Source: Candidatus Poribacteria bacterium
GTDB taxonomy: Bacteria; Poribacteria; WGA-4E; WGA-3G
Direction: 5' to 3'
DNA: 64,000 nucleotides
NCBI GenBank assembly: GCA_965198235.1
Contig: OZ240248.1
Span: forward strand, 3,616,001-3,680,000
Shown here: piece by piece, positions 39,496 through 48,926 of the stretch
Position numbering within the stretch: the first letter of the stretch is position 1
How the letters are laid out: each line of letters begins with the position of its first letter
Notes under the pieces: generated by a model
Seen by the model: the letters and a program-made list of their open reading frames with translations, nothing else
The model's database searches: none
What the model was told of the DNA's origin: nothing
Made by a program: the position numbers and the translations under genes

Positions 39496-40665
39496 TTAGA
39501 AAACGCGAATACGCGAAATTGCTTCCGCAATCACTGCGTCTGGATACGTAAGCGATATTCTAAAGTAGCCTTCGCTCCACTGCCCATATCCGAGACCTGG
39601 TGTTACCACAACCCCTGCTTCCTCAAGTAGGGCTGTCGCAAAGGCACGGCTTGAACCGTCGAAACGCGGAGGGACAGGTGCCCAAACATACATTGTCGCT
39701 TTCGGTTTATCAATTGCCCATCCGCTGTCTGTAAGAGCATCCACCACCATATCTCGGCGTTTTTGATAAACTGCATTTATTGCGGGTGTAATCTCGTCTG
39801 CTATTGAGAGTGCCTTTGCACCGGCGAATTGAAGTGAGCGGAGTGAACCGTTATCGATATTGTCTTTCACCACTTTGACTGCGCCAACAGCAGTTGGGTT
39901 GCCAACGACAAATCCCAATCGCCACCCTGTCATATTGAACGCTTTGCTTAATGAAAAAAACTCAACGGCTACTTCAGCGGCACCTTCTACTTGCAATATG
40001 CTTGGTGAGCGATAACCGTCGTAGGTGTTCTCGCTATAGGCGTTGTCGTGCGCTATAAGGATGTTATTTTGTCTACCGAACTCCACGGCACGCTCGAAAA
40101 AATCGAGGTCGGCAGTGGCTGTTGTCGGATTGTTTGGATAGTTGATCCAGAGGACTTTGGCAAGTCGTTTCACTTCATCAGGAATAGCGTCAAAGTCGAC
40201 ATAGAAATCGTTTTCTCGCAGAAGCGGGGCATAGTAAGTCGTCGCACTGGCAAAGACGTGTCCGATGTTGTAGGTAGGATAACCCGGACTCGCCGCTATA
40301 CCAATATCACCGGGATTGAGAATGCCGAGTGCCATTTTGACAATTGCGTCTTTACTACCGAGCGTTGTCACTACCTGATCATCGGATAACGTAATTCCGT
40401 AACGGTGTTGGTAAAAGTCGAGCACTGCCTGTGGGAAGTCGTCAACAGGGTTATCGCACCCGTAACGATGCCGGTCCGAGTCTTCAGGGTTTTGAATCGC
40501 GCTGCACAAAGTTCCGACGACTGGATCAGGGGTCGGAATATCCGGGTCACCGATGCCGAGGCTAATCACGTCGATGCCTCGTGCTTGTGCCGCCTGCATT
40601 TTTTGGCGCAAATCTACAAAAAGATAGGGTGGAAGTTTCTGTAACCGTTCTGCGATTGTAATCAT
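39496..40665 (-). CDS. dapL: Class I/II PLP aminotransferase, LL-diaminopimelate aminotransferase-like
   Basis: LPPYLF, LGIGDPD, NYPNNPT, HDNAYSE, SLSKAFNMTGWR; dapB lies in the same gene run. Confidence 0.75.
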   Translation of the reverse strand: MITIAERLQKLPPYLFVDLRQKMQAAQARGIDVISLGIGDPDIPTPDPVVGTLCSAIQNPEDSDRHRYGCDNPVDDFPQAVLDFYQHRYGITLSDDQVVTTLGSKDAIVKMALGILNPGDIGIAASPGYPTYNIGHVFASATTYYAPLLRENDFYVDFDAIPDEVKRLAKVLWINYPNNPTTATADLDFFERAVEFGRQNNILIAHDNAYSENTYDGYRSPSILQVEGAAEVAVEFFSLSKAFNMTGWRLGFVVGNPTAVGAVKVVKDNIDNGSLRSLQFAGAKALSIADEITPAINAVYQKRRDMVVDALTDSGWAIDKPKATMYVWAPVPPRFDGSSRAFATALLEEAGVVVTPGLGYGQWSEGYFRISLTYPDAVIAEAISRIRVF

Positions 40666-40760
40666 ATTTTTAATTATGGGCTCCTGGGCATCACTCCTTG
40701 CGCAAGCCTATAAAGGCTTGCGGGACAATGTTTCGTGATGGTTTTTGGTTAATTTGAACA
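40666..40760. repeat. TTAA-ended intergenic element (family D)
   Basis: TTAATTATGGGCTCCTGGGC end, CGCAAGCC/GGCTTGCG hairpin, GGTTTTTGGTTAATT core. Confidence 0.6.
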
Positions 40761-40841
40761 GAATTAGGACCACGGCGACAAAGGCCGGACGATAACATCT
40801 TAGGGAAGGTCGCGAGTTGGAGCTCGCTCCTCCACTGTTAA

Positions 40842-41585
40842 CTATTTAAGATGAAGAATTGACTGCTGGGTTTCGCTGAGGCTTTCCATAACATTTGGGC
40901 TGAAGTGCAAACCCTGACCCCCCCAATCTGGCATATAGCCGATGCTGTAGCAGTAATAGAGCGTCCGACGTGGTTTACCGGAAACATTGATAACAGACCC
41001 GTGTGTGAGTGCCTCCGTAAAAATAATAGCGTCCCCTGCTTTCGCTGGTATCGGTGTCAGCACAGGATTTTCATCGGGGTGGCCTCCCCAAGGCTTTGGG
41101 AAATTGCTCTTATGTGCCCCCGGTATGACAGCGAAACATCCGTCCTCCGCATCGCAATCCAGCATCGGAAAGACCGCTTTTGTTAAAGTTGATACCATCT
41201 CTCCGTTTTTGCAATGATATTGGCATTTCGGGATAATCGGTGTTCCGTGCATGTGCAACCCCGTATAGCCACCACCCCACCGGTAAATTGTGTAGGTATG
41301 ATTGAGCCGATACGGACCGCCGGTTACGCCTTGAATTACGTCCAGGACCTCCGGGATGTCGATCAGCCCATTGAGCACACTGTCCGCCTCCAAAATATTG
41401 GAGATGTAGAGTTCTTTCTCCGTTCGCTGGGTACCGAGGCACAGTGGTGATGGGTAGTCGTCCGGTGGCATATTCTCGTACTGATCTAACACAGCGTTAC
41501 ACGCGTCAACCACTGTTTCTGGAATAACACCCTTCAGGGCGATGAAGCCTTGCAGATCAAATAGATATTTTTGTTCGTCTGTCAT
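40842..41585 (-). CDS. Phytanoyl-CoA dioxygenase (PhyH) family protein
   Basis: KYLFDLQGF start, IPGAHKS, KAGDAIIFTEALTHG...RR motifs. Confidence 0.85.
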   Translation of the reverse strand: MTDEQKYLFDLQGFIALKGVIPETVVDACNAVLDQYENMPPDDYPSPLCLGTQRTEKELYISNILEADSVLNGLIDIPEVLDVIQGVTGGPYRLNHTYTIYRWGGGYTGLHMHGTPIIPKCQYHCKNGEMVSTLTKAVFPMLDCDAEDGCFAVIPGAHKSNFPKPWGGHPDENPVLTPIPAKAGDAIIFTEALTHGSVINVSGKPRRTLYYCYSIGYMPDWGGQGLHFSPNVMESLSETQQSILHLK

Positions 41586-41805
41586 TTTTTTAACTCTCTT
41601 TAAGTTATTAGAATCTGGTCACCGTTCCACTTCGTTTCACGGTGGTTTTCGGTTAATTCCAACCGCCTCTGGGTTATAAAAGACTTCGGTGAATCCAATC
41701 TCAGTCTGGACTGTATCAGAAACCTGCCCGAAACATTGTCTCGCAGGTTTCCTCTATAGGAAACTTGCGCAAGGAAGGCAGTCCAGAGGCACATAGTTTA
41801 AAAAA
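41586..41805. repeat. TTAA-ended intergenic element (family D)
   Basis: Shares GGTGGTTTTCG, AACCGCCTCTGGGTTA, ATCAGAAACCTGCCCGAAAC and CCAGAGGC blocks with 44688-44905. Confidence 0.75.
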
Positions 41806-41809
41806 CTGT

Positions 41810-43867
41810 TTACGGAATAGTTTCATATCTGAGAATCGTTCCGTTTTGGCCAACCACCCATCCGCTATTTCTACTGCTTATGTGGATAGCCTTCAGATCC
41901 GTTTTGGTATCTGTGTGCTGAGGTCTCCAATTTTGCCCGCTGTCCTTTGTATGGAGAACGAGCCCCTCTTTTCCAACAATCCAGCCTTCTGTTTCTGATA
42001 TAAAAAATACATCGTCAAGGAAATTGCGGGTATAACTCTCTTGACGTTGCCATGTTTTCCCGCCATTCTCGGTATGTAGGATTAACCCATCCATACCCAA
42101 ACTGCGTAAATCTAATCCAACGACCCATCCTATCTCTGGCGTGACGAAGGTGACAGCGTCTAAGTAAAAAGATGGATACCGCTGACTGAGAGACGATAAC
42201 TTCCAATTGGCACCGCCGTCAACTGTAGAGAGCATCGTTCCGTTCAGACCGACTGTCCAACCGCGCTGTTTGGAGGTGAAATGAACATCAAAGAGGTTCC
42301 AAGGCGTTCCACTCTTTTGCTGTTGCCATGTTTTCCCACTATTATCTGTGTGAATGATTTCACCACCGCTTCCGACACACCATCCATTTTTTTCGTCTGC
42401 AAAGAAAACACTGAGTAGGTCCTGCTGTGTCCCTGAAACTTGACGTTGCCATACGCTTCCACCGTTTGTGGTATGCAGAACGACACCGGCTTCTGCAACC
42501 GCCCATCCTATTTGTGGGGACACGAAATGGGTCGCGCCAAAACACTCAGTCGTGCGGCTATCTTGCGCGCTCCATACGATCCCTCCATCCTCGGTTCGTA
42601 GAATCGCGCCCCGGTCACCGACAACATATCCTTCATCCGGTGAGATAGCACATACACCCACCAGAAGATGACTCGGACTTGATTGTGATTCCCATGTTAC
42701 ACCCCCATTGCGGGTGTGCAGAATTGTGCCGTTTTCACCGACTGCCCAACCGATTTGTTCTGAGACGAAGTCAACACCCAGCAGGACAGCGTCTGCGCTG
42801 TTGTGAAAGCGGGGACCGCCGCGTTGATGTTTCCATTTTTCTTTTCCACCAGACGAGGTGTGGAGAATCACGCCTAAGTCGCCGACGACCCAGCCATTTT
42901 GGGCATCTACAAAGTCAATATCGTAAAGGGTAAAGGTATGCAACGGCTCATTGCCGAGATAATCGGGTTGACCGTAGGTGCTTTTATGGCGTTCGTTGGT
43001 TCCGTGAGTAACGAATTCCCATGTGTTCCCACCATCGGTTGTTACGAAGACACGCCGCCGGTCACCTACAACCCAACCCGTCTGTTTGTCTATGAAATGG
43101 AGGTTGAACAGGGCGGCTTCCGTCGCGAATTGTACGTCCCAAGTTTCTCCGCCATCGGTTGTACGATAGATGTAGCCAGCGTTTCCCGAATTTGTTTCGG
43201 AGGTCACGCGATCACGATCATCGTGATGGCGTGCCTCCGCAGATGTCGGTGTGTTATAGGTAACGATCCATCCCTGATTTGCGTCTACAAAATGGATCCC
43301 TTTCAATGACTTGCCGTCGAACACCTTTCCATCAATCTTTGTGAACGTCTGTCCGCTGTCGGTCGTTTTTAGCACTGTGCCCCAGTCACCAACAATCCAG
43401 CCTGTACCTTCGCGTATAAAAAGGTCATGCAGATTATTTTCCGTGCCGGTTCCAATGTGCTGCCATGTCTGTCCGCCATCTGTCGTCCGGATCAGAACGC
43501 CGCCTTCACCTATACACCAGCCTTCTAACGCCGAACGAAAATACACATTTCGCAGAGGTTTGTTGAAAACGCTACTGCTCTGTCTGTGCCATGTGTGTCC
43601 ACCGTTGTTTGTGTGGATGATAAGGCTTTCCGCACCCTCGCCGGGGTCGGCTCCAGGCGTTATGTCTACAGGGTTACCAACTGCCCAACCCTGTTTTTCA
43701 GAAATGAAATGGACATCGTATAGGTGTGAAGTCCAATCGCCTTCCATGACGGTTTTCCATCTATATCGGGTCTGTTCCTTAGACGTTATATCTTCACATC
43801 CGATTATAAATAATGCAGTGATGAGAACAACAGACACGGAGAGAGCACGCGAATAACGTTGCAGCAT
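41810..43867 (-). CDS. YCF48-like BNR beta-propeller lipoprotein
   Basis: Lipobox LFIIGC; many GW.VG..G.IL.T.DGG.TW repeats. Start placed at ATG 43867. Confidence 0.88.
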   Translation of the reverse strand: MLQRYSRALSVSVVLITALFIIGCEDITSKEQTRYRWKTVMEGDWTSHLYDVHFISEKQGWAVGNPVDITPGADPGEGAESLIIHTNNGGHTWHRQSSSVFNKPLRNVYFRSALEGWCIGEGGVLIRTTDGGQTWQHIGTGTENNLHDLFIREGTGWIVGDWGTVLKTTDSGQTFTKIDGKVFDGKSLKGIHFVDANQGWIVTYNTPTSAEARHHDDRDRVTSETNSGNAGYIYRTTDGGETWDVQFATEAALFNLHFIDKQTGWVVGDRRRVFVTTDGGNTWEFVTHGTNERHKSTYGQPDYLGNEPLHTFTLYDIDFVDAQNGWVVGDLGVILHTSSGGKEKWKHQRGGPRFHNSADAVLLGVDFVSEQIGWAVGENGTILHTRNGGVTWESQSSPSHLLVGVCAISPDEGYVVGDRGAILRTEDGGIVWSAQDSRTTECFGATHFVSPQIGWAVAEAGVVLHTTNGGSVWQRQVSGTQQDLLSVFFADEKNGWCVGSGGEIIHTDNSGKTWQQQKSGTPWNLFDVHFTSKQRGWTVGLNGTMLSTVDGGANWKLSSLSQRYPSFYLDAVTFVTPEIGWVVGLDLRSLGMDGLILHTENGGKTWQRQESYTRNFLDDVFFISETEGWIVGKEGLVLHTKDSGQNWRPQHTDTKTDLKAIHISSRNSGWVVGQNGTILRYETIP

Positions 43868-43871
43868 CCAA

Positions 43872-44687
43872 TTAGTCGTGCTTTTGGGAATGAAACAGGA
43901 CTTCGCTGACATCGTGTAATCCTTTAGGAGCGTCGATTACCCATTTCGCTGCGCGGATTGCACCTTTGGCGAAAGCCTCTGGGCTATGCGCTCGATGAAC
44001 CACACTTAATTGCTCACCTTCGGTTGCGAACAGCACCGTGTGATCGCCTGCAATGTCACCGCCTCGGACTGCATGGATGCCGATCTGTTTCTTGGGTCTC
44101 GCGCCAACGATGCCGTGTCTGCCGTAAACACCCACCTCATCTAAATCGCGCCCTAATGCCGTAGCAACCGTCTCCGCTAAGCGGAGTGCGGTACCGCTCG
44201 GCGAATCTGCTTTGTGATTGTGATGCGCCTCTATTACTTCAATATCGTAGTCGTCCCCGAGGGCTTTGGCAATTAATTCCAAGGCTTGGATCATCACATT
44301 GACACCGAGGCTCATGTTCGGTGCCATTACGCAACGGATCTGTGATGCGAGTTCCCTGACAGTCGCAAGTTCATCAGGTTCAAACCCTGTTGTCGCGATT
44401 ACCATCGCTTTGTCGGCATTGACGACTTCTCGGAGGTGTTGCAAGGTTGCCTCAGGTTTCGAGAATTCGATGACGACATCTGCGCTTTCAAGCACATCCT
44501 CAAGGTTGCCTGTGACGGCTACCCCTATTTCTCCGATACCGGCGACAACACCCGCATCACTCCCGATCTGTGGATGTTCAGCGAATTCAATCGCTCCGAC
44601 AATTTCCATATCGGCTTGTTCGGAAACGCCTCGGATAATGAGCCGTCCCATACGGCCACATGCCCCATTAATAATTACACGAATCAT
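43872..44687 (-). CDS. dapB: 4-hydroxy-tetrahydrodipicolinate reductase
   Basis: GACGRMG, APNMSLGV, EAHHNHKADSPSGTAL, RGGDIAGDH motifs. Confidence 0.97.
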   Translation of the reverse strand: MIRVIINGACGRMGRLIIRGVSEQADMEIVGAIEFAEHPQIGSDAGVVAGIGEIGVAVTGNLEDVLESADVVIEFSKPEATLQHLREVVNADKAMVIATTGFEPDELATVRELASQIRCVMAPNMSLGVNVMIQALELIAKALGDDYDIEVIEAHHNHKADSPSGTALRLAETVATALGRDLDEVGVYGRHGIVGARPKKQIGIHAVRGGDIAGDHTVLFATEGEQLSVVHRAHSPEAFAKGAIRAAKWVIDAPKGLHDVSEVLFHSQKHD

Positions 44688-44905
44688 TTTTTAAACTATT
44701 AACCTCCGAGCACCGCTCCACTACGTTTCGCGGTGGTTTTCGACGAAATCTAACCGCCTCTGGGTTACGAGCGGTAGTAGGGAATTTCTCAGGTTTTAGG
44801 TTCTTCTACCCTCTTAAAAGACCCTACATCTCCCAAGTCGCGTCAAAACTTATCAGAAACCTGCCCGAAACGTAGTGGAGGGCAGCCCAGAGGCCCATAA
44901 TTAAA
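44688..44905. repeat. TTAA-ended intergenic element (family D)
   Basis: TTAA at both ends; the right TTAA overlaps the stop codon of the cytochrome gene; homologous to 41586-41805. Confidence 0.75.
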
Positions 44906-45821
44906 GAAGTGTGAACAGATACGCCAAAAGGTCGTCCATCTGCTTGACTGAGAGAATATCTGCGAAGTTTTCAGGCATAACACCTGCTTGTGGGACGCTG
45001 GTACTCCGCAAATCCTTTTTAAAGTAAGTTGTCCACAACTTCCCGGAATCGTCGAGTATCTGCACTGTTTCAGTGTCTTCTCTGTCTCTGTGATCGTATT
45101 GATAACGTTTCTTACCCGTGATTTCCTTTCCATCCTTAGTGAAGATGGTAATCATCTCATATTCAGGCGCGATATAGGCGCGCGGATTAAGGATGGACTC
45201 GACAATGAATTGAGGCGCGCGCGTGCGAGCAACATAAGTCGTATCGGGACCTATTTCGCTGCCGGTACCGGTGGCACCTCTCCCGTGAACTGTGTGACAC
45301 TTACCGCACGCGTAACCTTCCGAGAAAAAAATGGCTTCTCCTGCTTTGGCATCGCCTTTCATGTAAGGGCTCCAGTCCTGAGTAGGCTTTATTTCCTCCA
45401 AAGAGACCCCTGCCGCTTTTGCTTGTTCCGAGCGAACGTAGCCGACAATCATGTTGATCGCCTCATCAGAAAGTTTGCCGCCAAACTTTTGCATCTGGGT
45501 CCCTGGAAGTCCGTTGAATACGGTCTGGAAAATGCCGTCATCTGTCCATCCGTAGAGCCATTGCGGTTTAAAGAGATCGGGTGCTTTGCCACCACGTGTC
45601 TGTTGGGCGTGACAACCCCAACACATCAAACGGAAGTAGAACGCGCCATCAATAACGTCTTCTTCATAATTAATGTCTCTCGGTGCTGCGGGGGCAATAT
45701 CCACCTCTAAGTCCTGGGCATTTACGAGCGAAAAAAAGAAGAGGCTTACACCCAGAAAGAGGAGGAAAATGCGCCACGTTATTCGGACGGTAGAAGTTGT
45801 AACGCGGGTAGAATACATCAT
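44901..45821 (-). CDS. Di-heme c-type cytochrome
   Basis: Two CxxCH motifs (CWGCH, CGKCH), GPD...ESILNP...MP heme-binding domain, signal peptide. Confidence 0.88.
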   Translation of the reverse strand: MMYSTRVTTSTVRITWRIFLLFLGVSLFFFSLVNAQDLEVDIAPAAPRDINYEEDVIDGAFYFRLMCWGCHAQQTRGGKAPDLFKPQWLYGWTDDGIFQTVFNGLPGTQMQKFGGKLSDEAINMIVGYVRSEQAKAAGVSLEEIKPTQDWSPYMKGDAKAGEAIFFSEGYACGKCHTVHGRGATGTGSEIGPDTTYVARTRAPQFIVESILNPRAYIAPEYEMITIFTKDGKEITGKKRYQYDHRDREDTETVQILDDSGKLWTTYFKKDLRSTSVPQAGVMPENFADILSVKQMDDLLAYLFTLL

Positions 45822-46693
45822 TTCTGTTCATCCTCCTGAAACGGAGCGAAGTAAGGCAAATGATACTTCTCACAGAGTTCTTTAAGTTTTTCCTCACTCC
45901 ATTTCTGTTCGATAATTGTGTTAACGACATCTTGAAGTTCGCGTGTTTCTCGTGTTGGTGTATCTTTGCTAAAAGCGATAGCGACATTCCAACGGAGACG
46001 AGCTTCAGGAACGAATCCTTCGACAATCTCTAATTCAGGGTAAGCAGTGTCTGTCTGTTCTGCTTGCTGAATTCGGGAACCTTTTTCGATCAGCCACCCA
46101 ATATTTGACCAGACATATCCGTAAGCGATTTGTCCGTTCTGGAGGGCATCCAGGACAGCGATTTGTGAGCGATAAACGCGACGGTTATATCCCATCTGTC
46201 GCAGGACATCGCTTGCGATAGAACCCGCTTCTGTCCCAATCGTTTCTAACTTAAGGTCTTCCAGTGTTTTAGGTGATTCTGAGTTGCTTTTCCGCTTTAC
46301 CAATACATAGCCGGTGCCGTAAAAGGGTTTAGAGAAGTCAACGCGTTTCCCTAATTGGATTGATTCACTCATGGCGCGCTCCTCAATCGGAACCCCGATC
46401 ACACAGTCGCAATGTCCGCGTATCATGTCAGCAAGTAGACTATCACGGAGGGTGTTAAGCCAGTGGAGTTCTAACTTAACACCGAGTTCCTTTGCCAGTA
46501 GATGTGCTATCTCAACGTATAATCCGGGAAGTTCCGGGTCTGCATTGGAGTAAGGCAGATTTCGGACATCCATACAGACCGTTAAGACACCCTTTGCCCG
46601 AATTTCTTCCAAGGCACTATCAGCGTTTGCGTTGTGTAGCATCAAAATGGGCAATATGAGAAGCGCGATTCCAAAAGTGATATAGTGTTTCAA
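45818..46693 (-). CDS. Quinoprotein dehydrogenase-associated substrate-binding protein (MxaJ/XoxJ-like)
   Basis: LTVCMD..NLPYS, G.CD...G, SKPFY..GYV motifs; adjacent to a PQQ dehydrogenase; TTG start with AAGGAG. Confidence 0.8.
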   Translation of the reverse strand: MKHYITFGIALLILPILMLHNANADSALEEIRAKGVLTVCMDVRNLPYSNADPELPGLYVEIAHLLAKELGVKLELHWLNTLRDSLLADMIRGHCDCVIGVPIEERAMSESIQLGKRVDFSKPFYGTGYVLVKRKSNSESPKTLEDLKLETIGTEAGSIASDVLRQMGYNRRVYRSQIAVLDALQNGQIAYGYVWSNIGWLIEKGSRIQQAEQTDTAYPELEIVEGFVPEARLRWNVAIAFSKDTPTRETRELQDVVNTIIEQKWSEEKLKELCEKYHLPYFAPFQEDEQK

Positions 46694-46724
46694 GGTTGCT
46701 ATCTCCTTGTGTTAATAACGAACA

Positions 46725-48449
46725 TTATTCAAAGAGCGCGAACACAAAGAGGGTTCCGCCTTGGCGAGCATTAACTTCAGCATATTTCACAGCACCTGAC
46801 GCTATTGCAACGTATTGGACCCCATCGAGTTGATAGGTAATCGGGGGCGCGAGAACACCGGAGCCGGTCTGGAAATCCCAAAGTACTTCCCCGGTTTCTG
46901 CCGATAGTGCCATAAATCTTCCCTCTAAATCACCAGCAAAAACGAGACCTCCTGCTGTTGTGAGGCATCCGCCCCATTGTGGGAAGTTCGTTTTGTGTCG
47001 CCATTTAACCTCGCCTGTAGAGATATCGATTGCGCTGATATGTCCCCACATCATCATGTCGCCGGCTTCGTCTTTCTCTGCTGTCATACCGCTTCCCACG
47101 TAGGGCAATCCTTTTATGTAGAAAACGCGTCCTTGATGATAGGAGCCACAGAGTTCCAGCGAAGGGACATAGAGGTAATTTGTGAGCGGATTATAGGCTG
47201 AGGGGGGCCAGTTTTTTCCGCCTTCAACGCCGGGACAGACGCGAATCGTGCCTTCTTCTGAAGTAGATACTCCGGGTAAGACGGTAGGACGACCGTTTTC
47301 ATCGAGTCCCGCGGACCAGTTCGTTTCGCAGTAAGTGCTCGCATATAGAAATTTTCCGTTGGTTCTATCAAGCACATAAAAATAGCCGTTGCGATTCGCT
47401 TGCATCAGTGCTTTGACCGGTGCTCCGTCAATTTCCATATCAATCAATACCGGTTCACTCACGCCGTCCCAATCCCACAGATCGTGGGGTGTCGCTTGAA
47501 AGTACCATTTGAGTTTTCCTGTATCGGCATCCAACGCAACGATACAGTCGGTATAGAGGTTGTCGCCTCTCCGGACAGCACCGTTCCAGTCTGGTGCGGG
47601 ATTGCCCGTTCCCCAGTAGACGAGATTCAATTCCGGGTCGTACGAACCTGTGACCCAGGCGGATCCGCCCCCTGTCATCCATGAATCGCCTTCCCATGTA
47701 TCACCACCGGGTTCGTCTTTTGAAGGGACGGTGTAAAATCTCCATGCCTGTTCACCGGTTTCAGCGTAATACGCATCAATGTAGCCTCGGATGCCGTATT
47801 CCGCGCCTGATATACCGACAATCACTTTATCTTTGACGACTAAAGGAGCGACAGTAAGGGATTCAGCGTTAGTGGGATCGCCGACAATTCTGTCCCATAG
47901 GACCCTGCCGGTTTTGGCATCCAAGGCGAGGAGATGTGCGTCAAGCGTTACCCAAAAGATTGTATCGCCTAAGATGGCAGCTCCGCGGTTCACCATGCCG
48001 CAGCAAATAGCTAAACCGTCGGGGAGTTCATAATCGTACCGCCATATTTCCTTACCCGTTCTTGCGTCCACAGCATAGATAGTACTATAAGGGGTCGTGA
48101 TGAACATTACACCATTGACGACAAGTGGGGTGCATTCAAACTTATCATAAGGGGTTCCAATTTGAAACGCCCATTTCGGGACGAGTTTTTTGACGTTTTC
48201 AGTGTTAACCTTTGTGAGTTGACTGTATCGCCAACTTTTGTAATCCCGTCCATACATCAGCCAGCTCTCAGGGTCGTCTTGCGATGAGAGTAACATCTCG
48301 TTCGTAACGGGTTGGATATCCGTTCCGGTGCCGGCTGTGATGGTGCTTGGCATCGCAGCAAGTGCTAAACTTACGACGAAAATAACGAAACTTATTCGCT
48401 TTATCTGTAAACAGTAACTTGCCATTTCAGAAAAGATGTGCCTGTTCAT
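46725..48449 (-). CDS. PQQ-dependent alcohol dehydrogenase (methanol/ethanol family), lanthanide-type motif
   Basis: WLMYGRDY...RYS, vicinal CC, GAEYG, WGTGNP, HDLWDWDG, GGKNW motifs. Confidence 0.9.
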   Translation of the reverse strand: MNRHIFSEMASYCLQIKRISFVIFVVSLALAAMPSTITAGTGTDIQPVTNEMLLSSQDDPESWLMYGRDYKSWRYSQLTKVNTENVKKLVPKWAFQIGTPYDKFECTPLVVNGVMFITTPYSTIYAVDARTGKEIWRYDYELPDGLAICCGMVNRGAAILGDTIFWVTLDAHLLALDAKTGRVLWDRIVGDPTNAESLTVAPLVVKDKVIVGISGAEYGIRGYIDAYYAETGEQAWRFYTVPSKDEPGGDTWEGDSWMTGGGSAWVTGSYDPELNLVYWGTGNPAPDWNGAVRRGDNLYTDCIVALDADTGKLKWYFQATPHDLWDWDGVSEPVLIDMEIDGAPVKALMQANRNGYFYVLDRTNGKFLYASTYCETNWSAGLDENGRPTVLPGVSTSEEGTIRVCPGVEGGKNWPPSAYNPLTNYLYVPSLELCGSYHQGRVFYIKGLPYVGSGMTAEKDEAGDMMMWGHISAIDISTGEVKWRHKTNFPQWGGCLTTAGGLVFAGDLEGRFMALSAETGEVLWDFQTGSGVLAPPITYQLDGVQYVAIASGAVKYAEVNARQGGTLFVFALFE

Positions 48450-48479
48450 ATTCCTCCTCCTTGTTCTGATGAAATTCCA

Positions 48480-48601
48480 TGGGACTTACGCATGTTGCTC
48501 TTTTGTAGCATAAACTGTTAGTTTGTGCCTAAGACGGTCTGTGTTTTTTCGAGCATCCCTACCTAACAGAGCGTGCTACCGTCAAAATTGCGTAAGTCCT
48601 A
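48480..48601. mobile_element. MITE family A copy
   Basis: TGGGACTTACGCA...TGCGTAAGTCCTA with exact TTCCA duplication; cargo GTAGCATAAACTGTTAGTTTG also found outside a MITE near 62050. Confidence 0.85.
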
Positions 48602-48795
48602 TTCCAATTGCTTACCGCTTTAGAAACCGTGTTATAGAGAAAACGCGAGGTATTATCCTATAGTGCAAATTCCATGCTTCAAGCATTAGTTTACCAAAAA
48701 TCGGATTTAATGTAAAGTCTGAAAATTCGAGTGAGTGTGTAAGTATTTTGTCAAAGAGGAGGAGTGTGGGGTAATTTGAGTGGATGTTATTTTTT

Positions 48796-48893
48796 GTCTG
48801 AATCGCGGATTGTCGCGGATTACACGGATGACGCGGATTTTATATTAGCCGTATTGTGCTTATCTTCTTGTAGGAGCGAGCTGTGCTCGCGAC
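48796..48893. repeat. GTCTGAATC + (CGGAT) 9-mer repeat, followed by GTAGGAGCGAGC REP hairpin
   Basis: Related copies at 50961, 54887, 55243-55286 and 62138-62162. Confidence 0.65.
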
Positions 48894-48926
48894 TTCCATA
48901 CCCTTCAACTTTGACGTGACACAGCA

